Source: a virus
Reading direction: 5' to 3' (one strand)
IMG/VR virus record: IMGVR_UViG_3300037234_000551
Location: 1-64,000 of that record
Length of the DNA: 64,000 nucleotides
Numbering within the stretch: position 1 is the stretch's first letter; the number at the start of each line of letters is the position of its first letter. Under the pieces are notes generated by a model. The model did no database searches. It was not told the origin of the DNA and was given only the letters and a program-made list of their open reading frames with translations. This document shows, piece after piece, positions 50,192 to 59,635 of this stretch. The translations under genes and the position numbers were made by a program.

Positions 50192-50240
50192 CTCCATTGT
50201 GGTGGTGTGGGTTATAGACTCCACACCACTGCATGGGGGG
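50192..50240 (+). other. GC-rich hairpin after the Ubl gene
   Basis: GTGGTGTGG / CCACACCAC core stem extended by CCAT.../...ATGG; no clear T-tail. Confidence 0.45.
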
Positions 50241-50297
50241 CCAAGTATGAAAGATACTGTGTTTGCGTAGAACTTCTGGCCGAATGGAGAAAAGTTA

Positions 50298-50711
50298 GTG
50301 AATCTAGAACTTATTAAGAAATACGATGATTATTACCTTGTTAGAAATGAACAAGGCGAGGAAATTAAGTTGTACATTCTTAAACAAGAAGAGCTCGACG
50401 AAATCAGGCGTAAAGGCAACCTTAAAGTTGCCGAGGGTCTAGATTCTAAGATGTTGATGCGCCTTTCATCAATGTTGGAAACCATTGATAAGGCAGAAAT
50501 TCTCATTGAGCATTATGAGGGGGCAGCAACACGACTAGTCGAGCACTTGAAGATGTGCTATGATGAAGTTGGACGACCAAATCTATTTCACCATCCTATA
50601 AAGAATCTTGACCCGGAACAATATGGTCGTGCTCAGACGTTTCGTAAAGAAACTAGAAATTTAATAGAAACAGTTCATGAGGTAATTGAACTTAAACGTG
50701 AGTCAAAATAG
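50298..50711 (+). CDS. hypothetical protein
   Basis: 137-aa ORF, GTG start. Confidence 0.5.
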   Translation: MNLELIKKYDDYYLVRNEQGEEIKLYILKQEELDEIRRKGNLKVAEGLDSKMLMRLSSMLETIDKAEILIEHYEGAATRLVEHLKMCYDEVGRPNLFHHPIKNLDPEQYGRAQTFRKETRNLIETVHEVIELKRESK

Positions 50712-50750
50712 CGGTGACCGGGATCATTTATTGATCTCGGTCACTATTCT
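50707..50750 (+). terminator. hairpin / probable terminator
   Basis: GTGACCGGGATCA-TTTAT-TGATCTCGGTCAC followed by TATTCT. Confidence 0.5.
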
Positions 50751-50782
50751 CTAATTGAAGAACAAACAATAAAGGATCGAGC

Positions 50783-51652
50783 GTGAAACAAAGAATCGCA
50801 ATCCTTGGAGTCGGATCTTTAGGTGGCTATCTAGCGGAAAGTTTAGCTAGTACTGATAGTCTAAAAGAATTAATTTTGATTGACAATGACATTGTACAAG
50901 AGAAAAATACTAGAAATTCGATTTACACAAAAAGAGACGTTGGAGATTTAAAAGTAAATGCCATGTATAATCTCTTGAAGTCTCTCAATGAAGATATTAT
51001 AATAGCAATATCCAGAGAGAAATTTATAGAAGGAGAAACCGAACTTCCCACCTGTGACTTAGTCATAGATTGTAGAGACTATGTCTATGATCGAGGCGAT
51101 GTAATAGATGTTCGAGCATCTATTTCTGGCCGATACCTTATTATCGACTGTCGAAAAAATGTAACATATCCTTTTAATTACGACGGCAGATATAACCTAC
51201 CTTTAAAGAAAACTGATCTTAAGAATGCTGCACTACAGCTTGCTATCCTAATTGATAGTAATAGTATTATTAATCAGTGGGTAGCTGAGCAGGAAATATA
51301 TGAGCTAAGTTTAGATCATCACGCAAGAGAGATTAGAAGAGATATTCAAGATAGAAGAAAAGACACAGATTTAGTTTATGAACCTGACGTAGATGATGCT
51401 AGACTACTAAAACTAGAACAGAGTTTTCGGCCAATTATGGAGGTAAATCAAAAGAAGGATGTTAAAGTTTGCTTGGGTGAGAAGGAGAGGCATGTTGGTT
51501 GTAAGATTGTTCCTAGAGGCCAATTGAACACCCCTCAGGCTGTAGTCTCCAGTTTAAAATCGGTAATGAATCTCTATCCGTTTGAAAGGAGTTTCATAAT
51601 TCGAGTTGAGGGAGATCATATTCAGTTATTATTTGTTACGGGCGGTGCGTGA
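50783..51652 (+). CDS. ThiF/E1-like protein with probable C-terminal ubiquitin-like segment (...TGGA)
   Basis: LGVGSLGG, IDNDIVQEKN, KV, DLVIDCRD; C-terminus EGDHIQLLFVTGGA. Confidence 0.75.
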   Translation: MKQRIAILGVGSLGGYLAESLASTDSLKELILIDNDIVQEKNTRNSIYTKRDVGDLKVNAMYNLLKSLNEDIIIAISREKFIEGETELPTCDLVIDCRDYVYDRGDVIDVRASISGRYLIIDCRKNVTYPFNYDGRYNLPLKKTDLKNAALQLAILIDSNSIINQWVAEQEIYELSLDHHAREIRRDIQDRRKDTDLVYEPDVDDARLLKLEQSFRPIMEVNQKKDVKVCLGEKERHVGCKIVPRGQLNTPQAVVSSLKSVMNLYPFERSFIIRVEGDHIQLLFVTGGA

Positions 51653-51975
51653 TGAGAATATTAAATTTCAATACGCGCCTTTTCCCCCTAAGATTTTTTT
51701 ATAAAGGAGACACGTTTCCCATTTCTAAGATAAATAAAGAGTATATGATAACTAACTATAAAATATATCTTGTAGATGGTCGTATTGACAAGGTAATTAT
51801 TGACTCTAAGCATCCGAATGCTCATCCTGATACAGGGGAGTTCTGCTTAGATGAGCAAATCAAGAAACAAGAGTATAATAATAATCTAAGAAAATTTATT
51901 GAAATGGTAATGTGTAATTTTTATCTTGACGACTGCTACTTCAAACCATGGCTAGACTTCAGTTGGGAGGAGTAA
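51649..51975 (+). CDS. UBC/E2-like protein
   Basis: HPNAHPDTGEFCLD matches the E2 active-site signature HPN-x-G-x-C-L-D; GTGA overlap with the ThiF gene. Confidence 0.6.
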   Translation: MMRILNFNTRLFPLRFFYKGDTFPISKINKEYMITNYKIYLVDGRIDKVIIDSKHPNAHPDTGEFCLDEQIKKQEYNNNLRKFIEMVMCNFYLDDCYFKPWLDFSWEE

Positions 51976-51976
51976 T

Positions 51977-54682
51977 ATGCCAAGTCTTCTTGACATTAAC
52001 GAGTTTTCTAAGGAGTTAAAAGAAGTTACCTCAATAAAGATGATGGCGAAAAAGAAGTTCCATCCAAAAGGACTGTTCTCTGAGCAGATCTTCGGCCCAG
52101 TTAGGAATTTTACTTGTCAGTGTGGTACGTATTATGGAATTTCTGGTGCTGGTGGAACTTGTGCTGTATGTGAGGTTGATATTGTTAATAGTGATGAGAG
52201 GAGAAGGAAGTTTGCTAGAATAATCCTTCCTTTTCCGGTTGTGAATCCAATTTTCTATGAATTGGTAGCTGATATTGGAGGTTCAAAAATAAAAGGCCTT
52301 CTAGATAGTTTAATGAGAAATGAACAAAGTATTTTATATGTGATTGACGATGAATATGGAGTCGCTACTGATGATTCAGCGATTCCATCTGGTGCAGAGA
52401 AATTTGAGAAAGTTGTAGCAATTGACAAACTTGTAAGGGACCTTTCCCATATGTTTGTTGAGGATGGTATTCTTGAGTGGAAAGTGATTAGAGATAACTT
52501 GGACAAACTGTTTATACACAATGTCCTTGTATTGCCCCCTGACCTTAGACCGGCTGCGAAAAATATTGAAAGAAACAACCAAGTGGTTGATCAAATAAAT
52601 AGATATTACATTCAGATACTTACGAAGAAAGAAATTATGAGAGACACAATAGTTGACATACATAGGGATAAGAAGCTTTTCTATAGCTACTTTACCCAAA
52701 TTCAGAAAGATGTGAATGAGTTGTACTCACACATTATTTCTAAATTAGCAAAGAAGGAAGGTCTGATTAGGGGAAATATCTTAGGTAAGAGAATTGATTT
52801 TTCTGGTCGAGCTGTGATAATTCCTGACCCTGTATTGAAATTAGATGAATGTGTTTTACCTTACCTGATGTTTCTCGAACTGTTCAAATTACAGATATCT
52901 AAGAAACTCATAGAGATTGGTAGATTTAAATTACTGAATGATTCTATTGACTTTGTTGATGATTGTATAGAAATGAGATCTCCAGTGCTCTATCGAGTTT
53001 GTGAAGAAATTGCTGAGGATGAAGTCTGTTTACTGAATAGACAACCTTCATTACACCGATTGAGTATGGTTGGTTTTAACATCAAAATATCTCTAGATAA
53101 TGTTATTAAGATCCATCCATTAGCATGCCCTGGTTTCAACGCTGATTTTGATGGAGATCAAATGGCAGTCTACATTCCAATTTCTGAAGAATCAAAGAAT
53201 GAGGTGAGAGAAAAATTTCTCATAACGAAAAATTTGAGTAATCCAGCGAATGAGAGTTTAGCAACAATTCCAAGTCAAGACATAATTCTTGGAGTATTTG
53301 CCCTAACAAATGATAGTTTTTCTGAATTATCAAATAAAGTTGAGTTCAAGGGAGAACAAGTTAACGAAGGAGTAAAGATATTTAATGAATGTTTACCAGA
53401 GGACTATCCTCTGATTAATGAGGCAGTTAGAAAGAGAAAGTTGATGATTATACTCAATGATATTAAAAATAGATATGATGTGGAAGTTGTTCAGGAAGTT
53501 CTAGATAAGATAAAATTTATTGGTTTTAAGTACTCAACCTTATTTGGGGCGACCATGTCTCTTGACTCATTTGATGGAGATTTGTCCAAGATAAAAGATG
53601 AGATATACTCGGGTCAAAGTATAAGAAATCAGATTGAAATGATCTCTAGTGAAAAAACCACAAAGGCGCTTCGAGACAGTTTTAAGTATTCATACATGGT
53701 TGAGTCTGGAGCAAGAGGAAGTTGGGATCAGGTTGGGCAGATAATATTGACCCGAGGTTTTATCTCCAATTTCAAAGGTCAAATTCTTCAGACACCAATT
53801 AAACATAGTCTTTTAGAAGGTTTGACTCATGAAGAGTTTTTCAACTCCACATATGGTTGCAGAAAAGGACTCTTGGATGTTGCACTCAATACTGGTGCGT
53901 CTGGTTATTTGTCAAGGAAGTTAATCTTTGCTTGTGCAAATCTTCAGATTGGAGACCACGAAGATTGTGGAACAACTGATCTTCTTGAAGTCCATGTGAA
54001 GAATGATAGAAAGGCAAGAATGCTGATTAATAGGCACTACAATGATAATGGAAATCTAGATAAGATAACTAGTGAGAATCATTTATCTTTTGTCGATAAA
54101 GTAATTAATATTAGAAGTCCAATATTTTGCAAAACTTCAAAAGTATGTAGAACATGCTACGGAGACTTGTATAAAGTTTTGGATAGTAGGTTTGTTGGAG
54201 TTATTGCTGCACAAAGTCTAGGAGAGTGTAATACCCAACTCGTCTTAAGGACTTTTCATACATCTGGAGTTGCCCATGTGAAAGAGGGAGAACAAGCAGA
54301 TGATGAAGCAGTAAGACAGATGGATATTATTGGTGACCTTGCAACAGCATCTAAATTGCTACATAAGTTTGATAAGAAGAATCACACAAGTATTGTCTCT
54401 GATCTCTTTGATGTCTACAACACAAATCGAAGCATCCATCATGTTCATTTTGAATGTGTGGTTTCTCAATTAATGTGGAAAGGCACAAGAAAGTGGAGAC
54501 TGTTAGAAGGACGAGAAAAGTTAAGCCCAGAATATCACTCAGTACAGAAAGTACCAAGTTATGAGAGTTGGTTACTAGGTTTAGCATTTTCAAGACCAAA
54601 GCAACATATCTTAAAAGGAATTTTGCAACCAGGAAGATACTACGGAGTTATGGACAAGATTCTATGCGGAAAGGAGTTATAG
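51977..54682 (+). CDS. rpoC: DNA-directed RNA polymerase beta'-like subunit (set 2)
   Basis: GLFSEQIFGP, Zn ribbon CQCG...CAVC, VLPPDLRP, GKRIDFSGRAVI, NRQPSLHR, NADFDGDQM, SGYLSRKL, TQLVLRTFHTSG. Confidence 0.96.
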   Translation: MPSLLDINEFSKELKEVTSIKMMAKKKFHPKGLFSEQIFGPVRNFTCQCGTYYGISGAGGTCAVCEVDIVNSDERRRKFARIILPFPVVNPIFYELVADIGGSKIKGLLDSLMRNEQSILYVIDDEYGVATDDSAIPSGAEKFEKVVAIDKLVRDLSHMFVEDGILEWKVIRDNLDKLFIHNVLVLPPDLRPAAKNIERNNQVVDQINRYYIQILTKKEIMRDTIVDIHRDKKLFYSYFTQIQKDVNELYSHIISKLAKKEGLIRGNILGKRIDFSGRAVIIPDPVLKLDECVLPYLMFLELFKLQISKKLIEIGRFKLLNDSIDFVDDCIEMRSPVLYRVCEEIAEDEVCLLNRQPSLHRLSMVGFNIKISLDNVIKIHPLACPGFNADFDGDQMAVYIPISEESKNEVREKFLITKNLSNPANESLATIPSQDIILGVFALTNDSFSELSNKVEFKGEQVNEGVKIFNECLPEDYPLINEAVRKRKLMIILNDIKNRYDVEVVQEVLDKIKFIGFKYSTLFGATMSLDSFDGDLSKIKDEIYSGQSIRNQIEMISSEKTTKALRDSFKYSYMVESGARGSWDQVGQIILTRGFISNFKGQILQTPIKHSLLEGLTHEEFFNSTYGCRKGLLDVALNTGASGYLSRKLIFACANLQIGDHEDCGTTDLLEVHVKNDRKARMLINRHYNDNGNLDKITSENHLSFVDKVINIRSPIFCKTSKVCRTCYGDLYKVLDSRFVGVIAAQSLGECNTQLVLRTFHTSGVAHVKEGEQADDEAVRQMDIIGDLATASKLLHKFDKKNHTSIVSDLFDVYNTNRSIHHVHFECVVSQLMWKGTRKWRLLEGREKLSPEYHSVQKVPSYESWLLGLAFSRPKQHILKGILQPGRYYGVMDKILCGKEL

Positions 54683-54933
54683 TGAAAGTAGAAGGACTTC
54701 TACATTCATTTGATGTGTCTTGTCAAACGAGACAATTTACTAGGAGGAGGTTATTGAGATTTATAAGATTGAATGCTCATTTACTAAAAGACCATCAATT
54801 TTATGGATGGATAATGAAAAAAGTTGATAGGAACTATATGACTGATATTACAGATAGTGATGTGATAAATTTTGTAACATGGATTGCAAAAAAGACGGGA
54901 GGACAAGTTGAACATACTCAATCCGTACTTTAA
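54682..54933 (+). CDS. small hypothetical protein between RNAP subunits
   Basis: AAGGAG RBS before GTG 54682, in frame with ORF 54568..54933. Confidence 0.4.
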   Translation: MKVEGLLHSFDVSCQTRQFTRRRLLRFIRLNAHLLKDHQFYGWIMKKVDRNYMTDITDSDVINFVTWIAKKTGGQVEHTQSVL

Positions 54934-57907
54934 AGTTAATGAGGAGAACAATATTTTTTCAATTCGAAAAAATGAACTCTCCTCCTTAACTGAGAAGGTA
55001 AGGGAAATTCTGAAACCTGCTGAGGAACTAGGATTTGAAGTAACTGATTTTTGTATCAAAGAATCAAAGTTTACCTCAGGAGAGTTGTTCAAAACCCTAA
55101 AGCAGAACTTGGTTATTAAGTTACAAAAAGGGAACTCTGAGATTGATCTGAGTATGGCAATACCAAAACTCATTGATCATAATTACATAATGATAAAAGG
55201 TAGGAAAAAGATTCCACAATTCCAACTTTTTGATATTCCCATTGTTACAAGAGGAAAATCAATTAAGTTAAGAACGAATGTTGCTTCAATAATGGTCTTT
55301 GAGGAAAGGCAACAACCACATATAAAATTGAGTATTCTTGGTAAGAAAGTCTCATTTGCTTTAATTATGTTTGCTTACTATGGATTAGAAGAAATGAATA
55401 CACGATTTGGTCTGTCTAATATGACAGTAAGTGGAAATACTGCACTTGATAAGCTAATGCTAGACTTGAAAGTCTACTATGATAACTCAAGAGATTGGAC
55501 ACAAGATGATTTTATGAATGAGATTGGGAGACATTACTCTCAATACAATGTGAAGTCAAAGGGAGAAGATCTTATATATGCCCTTGATTTAATTCTTAAA
55601 ACTGATGTAATGTCAGCTGAATACTTTGCGACTGGATCTATATTAGAAGAATTATATGAGGCCATTGCTGGTAAAGAATATGATGATACCGACTTTAGAA
55701 ATAAGAGAGTTAGATGTGCAGAATATATGATTTTATCAAAGGTTTCAAAGGCTGTCTTTGATTTATGTATGTCTAATAGGACAACTCGTCAACCGAAGTT
55801 TAATATAAACTCATCTCAGATTCTCTCTGAGTGTAATGTGTCTGATATTGTTCAATTCGATTTTGCGATTAACCCAATTGAAGAATTGACCAGGTTATCA
55901 AGAGTAAGTCTGATTGGACCTGGAGGTTTTAATCGTGAGAATGTTCCTGAGCATTTGAGAGACATTTGTCCTAGTATGTTTGGGAGAATATGTCCAGTTG
56001 ATACGCCAGATAGAGATAACTGTGGAGTTATTCAGAACTTGCTTCCAAATGTGAAATTAGATAGCAATTTGAGATTTTCTGAGGAGGTTCTGGATAAACA
56101 AGTTATTTCTATTCCTGTTTCTATGGTTCCATTTCTTGAGCATAATGATCAGACGAGATTGCAGATGTCTGCATCTCAGATGAGACAGTCAATAATGCTG
56201 AGGAGTTTTGATAAACCCATAATTCAATCTGGTTGTGAAGGTCTATACACTGACTTCACTCAATTTGTTAAGAGAGCAAAAAAGAGCGGAGAAGTCGTAC
56301 ATCAGGATGGTAAATTCTTAGTTGTTAAATATGATGATAATGAAACTGATGTTTTTGATATTGCGTATCGAAAGATATATGTTGAGAATATGGATATTAT
56401 GAAAGTTTATGTTAAGGTTGGGGACAAGTTTGGAGCTGGAGAAATTCTAGCTGAAAGCGGTTTTGTCACTGACGGAGAAATAAACTTTGGAAGAAATCTG
56501 TTAACCGCTGTCATGACATACTATGGTCATAATTATGAAGATGGAATAGTTATATCTGACCGATTAGTTAAAGAGCGAATTTTTACTTCTATACACTATC
56601 GAGATTTATCATTTACGGTTCCACCAAATAAAGTTCTTTTGAGTCTAGCTAATAGTGATTATAAACCATTACCTGATATAATGGAAGATATAGATCCTGG
56701 TCAACCATATGCGACAATGAAAGAAGTAACATCTGGTTTAGACTTTTACTCCGTTTTTGAAGAACAAATGCCTCTTACAACCAGAAAGAAGGTTCGGATA
56801 ACTGATATAAGTATATATGCAAATGTGTGGAATAAGGAGATACCTGAGTATAGAGATTGGATTGAAAAGAAGCTAGAAGATCAAAAACAGAAGGAAAGTG
56901 AATTTCAAAAGGTCATATTTGACCATCTTCCAACTGTAGAAGCAAAACAGTTTATTCGAGATCGAAATTTGAGTAAATTCTCTCACATTGGTCGATACAA
57001 AGTTAAGGGCGAACCAGTTAATGGAGTTCGTATTGAGATGTTTGGTGTCTATCTTAGACCAATACAGGCGGGAGATAAAATTGCAAACAGACATGGTAAT
57101 AAGGGAGTTATCTCTAGGATAGTTCCACATGAGAAAATGCCTCAACTTCCGGATGGAAGGAATGTTGATATTTGTATAAATCCTCTAGGGATAATTTCGA
57201 GAATGAACATTGGTCAGTTATTTGAGTTACACTTAGCAATGTCTTTTGTGGACTTAAAAGCAAAACTAATTGAAATGATTGATAAGGAGGAAAGTCAGAA
57301 AGACATTAAGAAAGCGTTGCTTCATTATATTAAGACTGCGGATAATACTGAAGACAAATGGTATTATAAGCAGTTTAAAGAGCAACTTCCCAAAACAATT
57401 GATAAAGGGTTTATTGATAAGTTGTCATTGATTCAACCTCCATTTGAGTCTGTTTCATTGGAGATGGTCAAAGAAGCAATGGGGAGAACAGGAACTCAAT
57501 TTGAGTATGGTATTTATGATCCTATCTCGAAAGAAAATCTTCTAAATAAAATTGCTGTTGGTTATATCTATTTCTTTAAGATGGTTCATATAGCTGAGAC
57601 AAGACTTGCAGCAAGGGGGATTGGATCATATGCAAAGAAAACCCTTCAACCGTTAGGAGGTAGAAAACACAGGGGCGGTCAGAGATGTGGAGAAATGGAA
57701 ACTGCGTGTCTAATTGCACATGATGGACCAGTTAATTTGGCTGAATTTCTGACAACAAAATCGGATTGTATAGACTTGAAAAATAGATATATCAACGAGA
57801 CGATTGAGTCAGAGTTCATCAAACCAAAAGAAGATGAAGATGATGTTTCTGAGTCGGTTAAATTGTTAGATGCATACTTTAATGTGATTGGAGTTTCGAA
57901 AGAATGA
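54908..57907 (+). CDS. rpoB: DNA-directed RNA polymerase beta-like subunit (set 2)
   Basis: GPGG, GRICPVDTPD, PFLEHNDQTRLQMSASQMRQ, GHNYEDGI, GDKIANRHGNKG, NPLGIISRMNIGQ, QPLGGRKHRGGQRCGEME; GGAGG RBS before TTG 54908. Confidence 0.96.
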   Translation: MNILNPYFKVNEENNIFSIRKNELSSLTEKVREILKPAEELGFEVTDFCIKESKFTSGELFKTLKQNLVIKLQKGNSEIDLSMAIPKLIDHNYIMIKGRKKIPQFQLFDIPIVTRGKSIKLRTNVASIMVFEERQQPHIKLSILGKKVSFALIMFAYYGLEEMNTRFGLSNMTVSGNTALDKLMLDLKVYYDNSRDWTQDDFMNEIGRHYSQYNVKSKGEDLIYALDLILKTDVMSAEYFATGSILEELYEAIAGKEYDDTDFRNKRVRCAEYMILSKVSKAVFDLCMSNRTTRQPKFNINSSQILSECNVSDIVQFDFAINPIEELTRLSRVSLIGPGGFNRENVPEHLRDICPSMFGRICPVDTPDRDNCGVIQNLLPNVKLDSNLRFSEEVLDKQVISIPVSMVPFLEHNDQTRLQMSASQMRQSIMLRSFDKPIIQSGCEGLYTDFTQFVKRAKKSGEVVHQDGKFLVVKYDDNETDVFDIAYRKIYVENMDIMKVYVKVGDKFGAGEILAESGFVTDGEINFGRNLLTAVMTYYGHNYEDGIVISDRLVKERIFTSIHYRDLSFTVPPNKVLLSLANSDYKPLPDIMEDIDPGQPYATMKEVTSGLDFYSVFEEQMPLTTRKKVRITDISIYANVWNKEIPEYRDWIEKKLEDQKQKESEFQKVIFDHLPTVEAKQFIRDRNLSKFSHIGRYKVKGEPVNGVRIEMFGVYLRPIQAGDKIANRHGNKGVISRIVPHEKMPQLPDGRNVDICINPLGIISRMNIGQLFELHLAMSFVDLKAKLIEMIDKEESQKDIKKALLHYIKTADNTEDKWYYKQFKEQLPKTIDKGFIDKLSLIQPPFESVSLEMVKEAMGRTGTQFEYGIYDPISKENLLNKIAVGYIYFFKMVHIAETRLAARGIGSYAKKTLQPLGGRKHRGGQRCGEMETACLIAHDGPVNLAEFLTTKSDCIDLKNRYINETIESEFIKPKEDEDDVSESVKLLDAYFNVIGVSKE

Positions 57908-58206
57908 AACACAGAAAAACTGGTTTAGAAATTGCTACTAATCTAGAGGAAGCGTGGGAAAAATTTCCCTATGATTATAAATGTTATGTACTAAGGATCT
58001 GTCCTGAGTGCGGTGAGTTGTTGCGGGTTTTTCAAGAGCCACACAATGCTATGTCCTGTGGTAAGTGTGGTTTCTATGCTGGAATTGAAATAACTGAACA
58101 TAACAGAGAACATTTTACAATAGGTAGAGCGCCAGGTCTAGGTACGACCGGAAGGAGACCTAAGAAAGTAATGCCTTTGAAAAGCACAAGTTTCGGAAAG
58201 GTGTAA
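57904..58206 (+). CDS. Zn-ribbon protein
   Basis: ICPECGE...CGKCG. Confidence 0.55.
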   Translation: MKHRKTGLEIATNLEEAWEKFPYDYKCYVLRICPECGELLRVFQEPHNAMSCGKCGFYAGIEITEHNREHFTIGRAPGLGTTGRRPKKVMPLKSTSFGKV

Positions 58207-58384
58207 TATGTCAACCTTAGATAAAGGTTCAATAACAATTTCTAAAAAGGGAGTTGATCAAGTTAGAAAAGTTTTAGAAGAAGTTATCGAATTTGAAGAG
58301 TGCTTTGCACATGAGGTAGGAGAATCTAACTGTCTCCATTGTAATGCAGACTTAGCACACAGTTACTTAAAGGAGGATGAGTGA

Positions 58385-58672
58385 ATGGCGAAAGTTTACA
58401 ATTACTATGAAATGAAGTTACGAAGATTCTCCAAGGAGATGGTAGAGATTGTTGATAAAATAGTGAAGATAGAAAAGAAGTGGACTTTGGGTGCAACAAC
58501 TGTTGAAGAAGCACGTACAGATTTACTAATGGTAGGGGAGTTGATTAAGACTTTGACAGACAAAGCACTAGAGTTGAATGTAATTGGTGATAAGTATGAT
58601 CTTGTCAAGTTCAGACTCGATAACTCAAGAGCAAAGATAAGGAAAGCACTTAGAGGAGATTGGGGTGAGTGA
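58385..58672 (+). CDS. hypothetical helical protein
   Basis: AAGGAGG RBS; 95 aa; stop codon overlaps the tRNA-like element. Confidence 0.55.
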   Translation: MAKVYNYYEMKLRRFSKEMVEIVDKIVKIEKKWTLGATTVEEARTDLLMVGELIKTLTDKALELNVIGDKYDLVKFRLDNSRAKIRKALRGDWGE

Positions 58673-58766
58673 CGGAATCTTAAAATAGTGGCAGACGTAC
58701 GTGGCAAATCAGGTGTCACGTAGCCGTAAAAGGCTATTGCGGGTTCGACTCCCGCCTCACCCCTCA
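58662..58766 (+). tRNA. atypical tRNA-Leu-like gene (CAG in an enlarged anticodon loop; D-loop insertion; no encoded CCA)
   Basis: Acceptor GGGGTGAG/CTCACCCC, Leu-type D arm ACGGAAT[CTTAAAATAG]TGGCAGACGT, stem GTGGC/GTCAC with loop AAATCAGGT, long variable arm AGCC/GGCT, T arm GCGGG-TTCGACT-CCCGC. Confidence 0.65.
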
Positions 58767-58789
58767 CTTTTTAATCTGAGGTATCTGAA

Positions 58790-59197
58790 ATGGCAAAAAT
58801 CTACATCTATTCAAGGAGGCAAATACAGAGGTTACTCCCTTCAAGTAAATCAATTTTAATCTCCATAACCGATCCAGGTCGAGATTATCCGAAAGTTACC
58901 GGTGGTTGGAGATCCCTCCAATTAAGATTCCATGACATTGATGAAGTAAGGGAAAAGGGTGATGTAATAATTAATGATTGGCATGCAGTGAATATACTTA
59001 AGTATCTCGATATGACTCAACCTGAAGAAATCGCGATTAACTGTGAAGCGGGAATTAGTCGAAGTGCAGGCGTTGCGGTCGCACTAGAGGAAATTCTAAA
59101 TGGGAACAACAAAGCGTACAAAAAGTATCCAAACCATAATCGAAGGGTTGCTTCAACGATACTTCGGGTATGGCACGAAAGATTTAGTGGGAATTAA
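58790..59197 (+). CDS. protein-tyrosine/dual-specificity phosphatase-like protein
   Basis: LISITDP, LRFHD, CX5R motif NCEAGISRS, PN. Confidence 0.85.
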   Translation: MAKIYIYSRRQIQRLLPSSKSILISITDPGRDYPKVTGGWRSLQLRFHDIDEVREKGDVIINDWHAVNILKYLDMTQPEEIAINCEAGISRSAGVAVALEEILNGNNKAYKKYPNHNRRVASTILRVWHERFSGN

Positions 59198-59381
59198 TTT
59201 AGACGAAGATTCTGAAGATCCATGTCTTGAATGCCTTTTAGTTTCATCTTGTCATACTCAGTGTGGTCAGAAGGCAGCACACAAAATGTTAGACTATCTA
59301 AATAGTCCTGGTATAAATCCGAATAGTTGCGTTATTGGTTACACACAAAATAAGAAGACGAAGGAGTTGAGAATAATATGA
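59187..59381 (+). CDS. small CX2CX5CX3C family protein
   Basis: DPCLECLLVSSCHTQC; start uncertain. Confidence 0.45.
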   Translation: MGINLDEDSEDPCLECLLVSSCHTQCGQKAAHKMLDYLNSPGINPNSCVIGYTQNKKTKELRII

Positions 59382-59635
59382 AATTAGATTGTTTTTATCA
59401 TTGTAGATTTTGTCAGGCCAATTTTCCTGATGTAATTGAAACTGATGAACCGCTTGAAAATATATTAACGTACCTATTTCGTTACAACTTCATGTATAAA
59501 GCCCATGAGTGTGAGAAAGGTCCTAGTAATATTGCTAAAAAAATGAAAGGGGTAATTGGAGTTGCTGACCTAACTGGACTTAGATTAGCCGAGGAAGAAG
59601 ATGCCGAATCCATTCATTCCGATAACAAAGGCTGA
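59378..59635 (+). CDS. small Zn-finger-like protein
   Basis: CRFC...HEC...GVADLTG. Confidence 0.5.
   Translation: MKLDCFYHCRFCQANFPDVIETDEPLENILTYLFRYNFMYKAHECEKGPSNIAKKMKGVIGVADLTGLRLAEEEDAESIHSDNKG

Noticed and set aside
48963-51652. ThiF genes as thiamine/molybdopterin biosynthesis genes
   Set aside because: No thiG/thiS/moaD/moaE context; neighbours are JAB, E2-like and Ubl genes.
17067-57907. Cellular rpoBC operons
   Set aside because: Subunits are short and divergent, in reversed order, duplicated, and not flanked by ribosomal-protein or other housekeeping genes.
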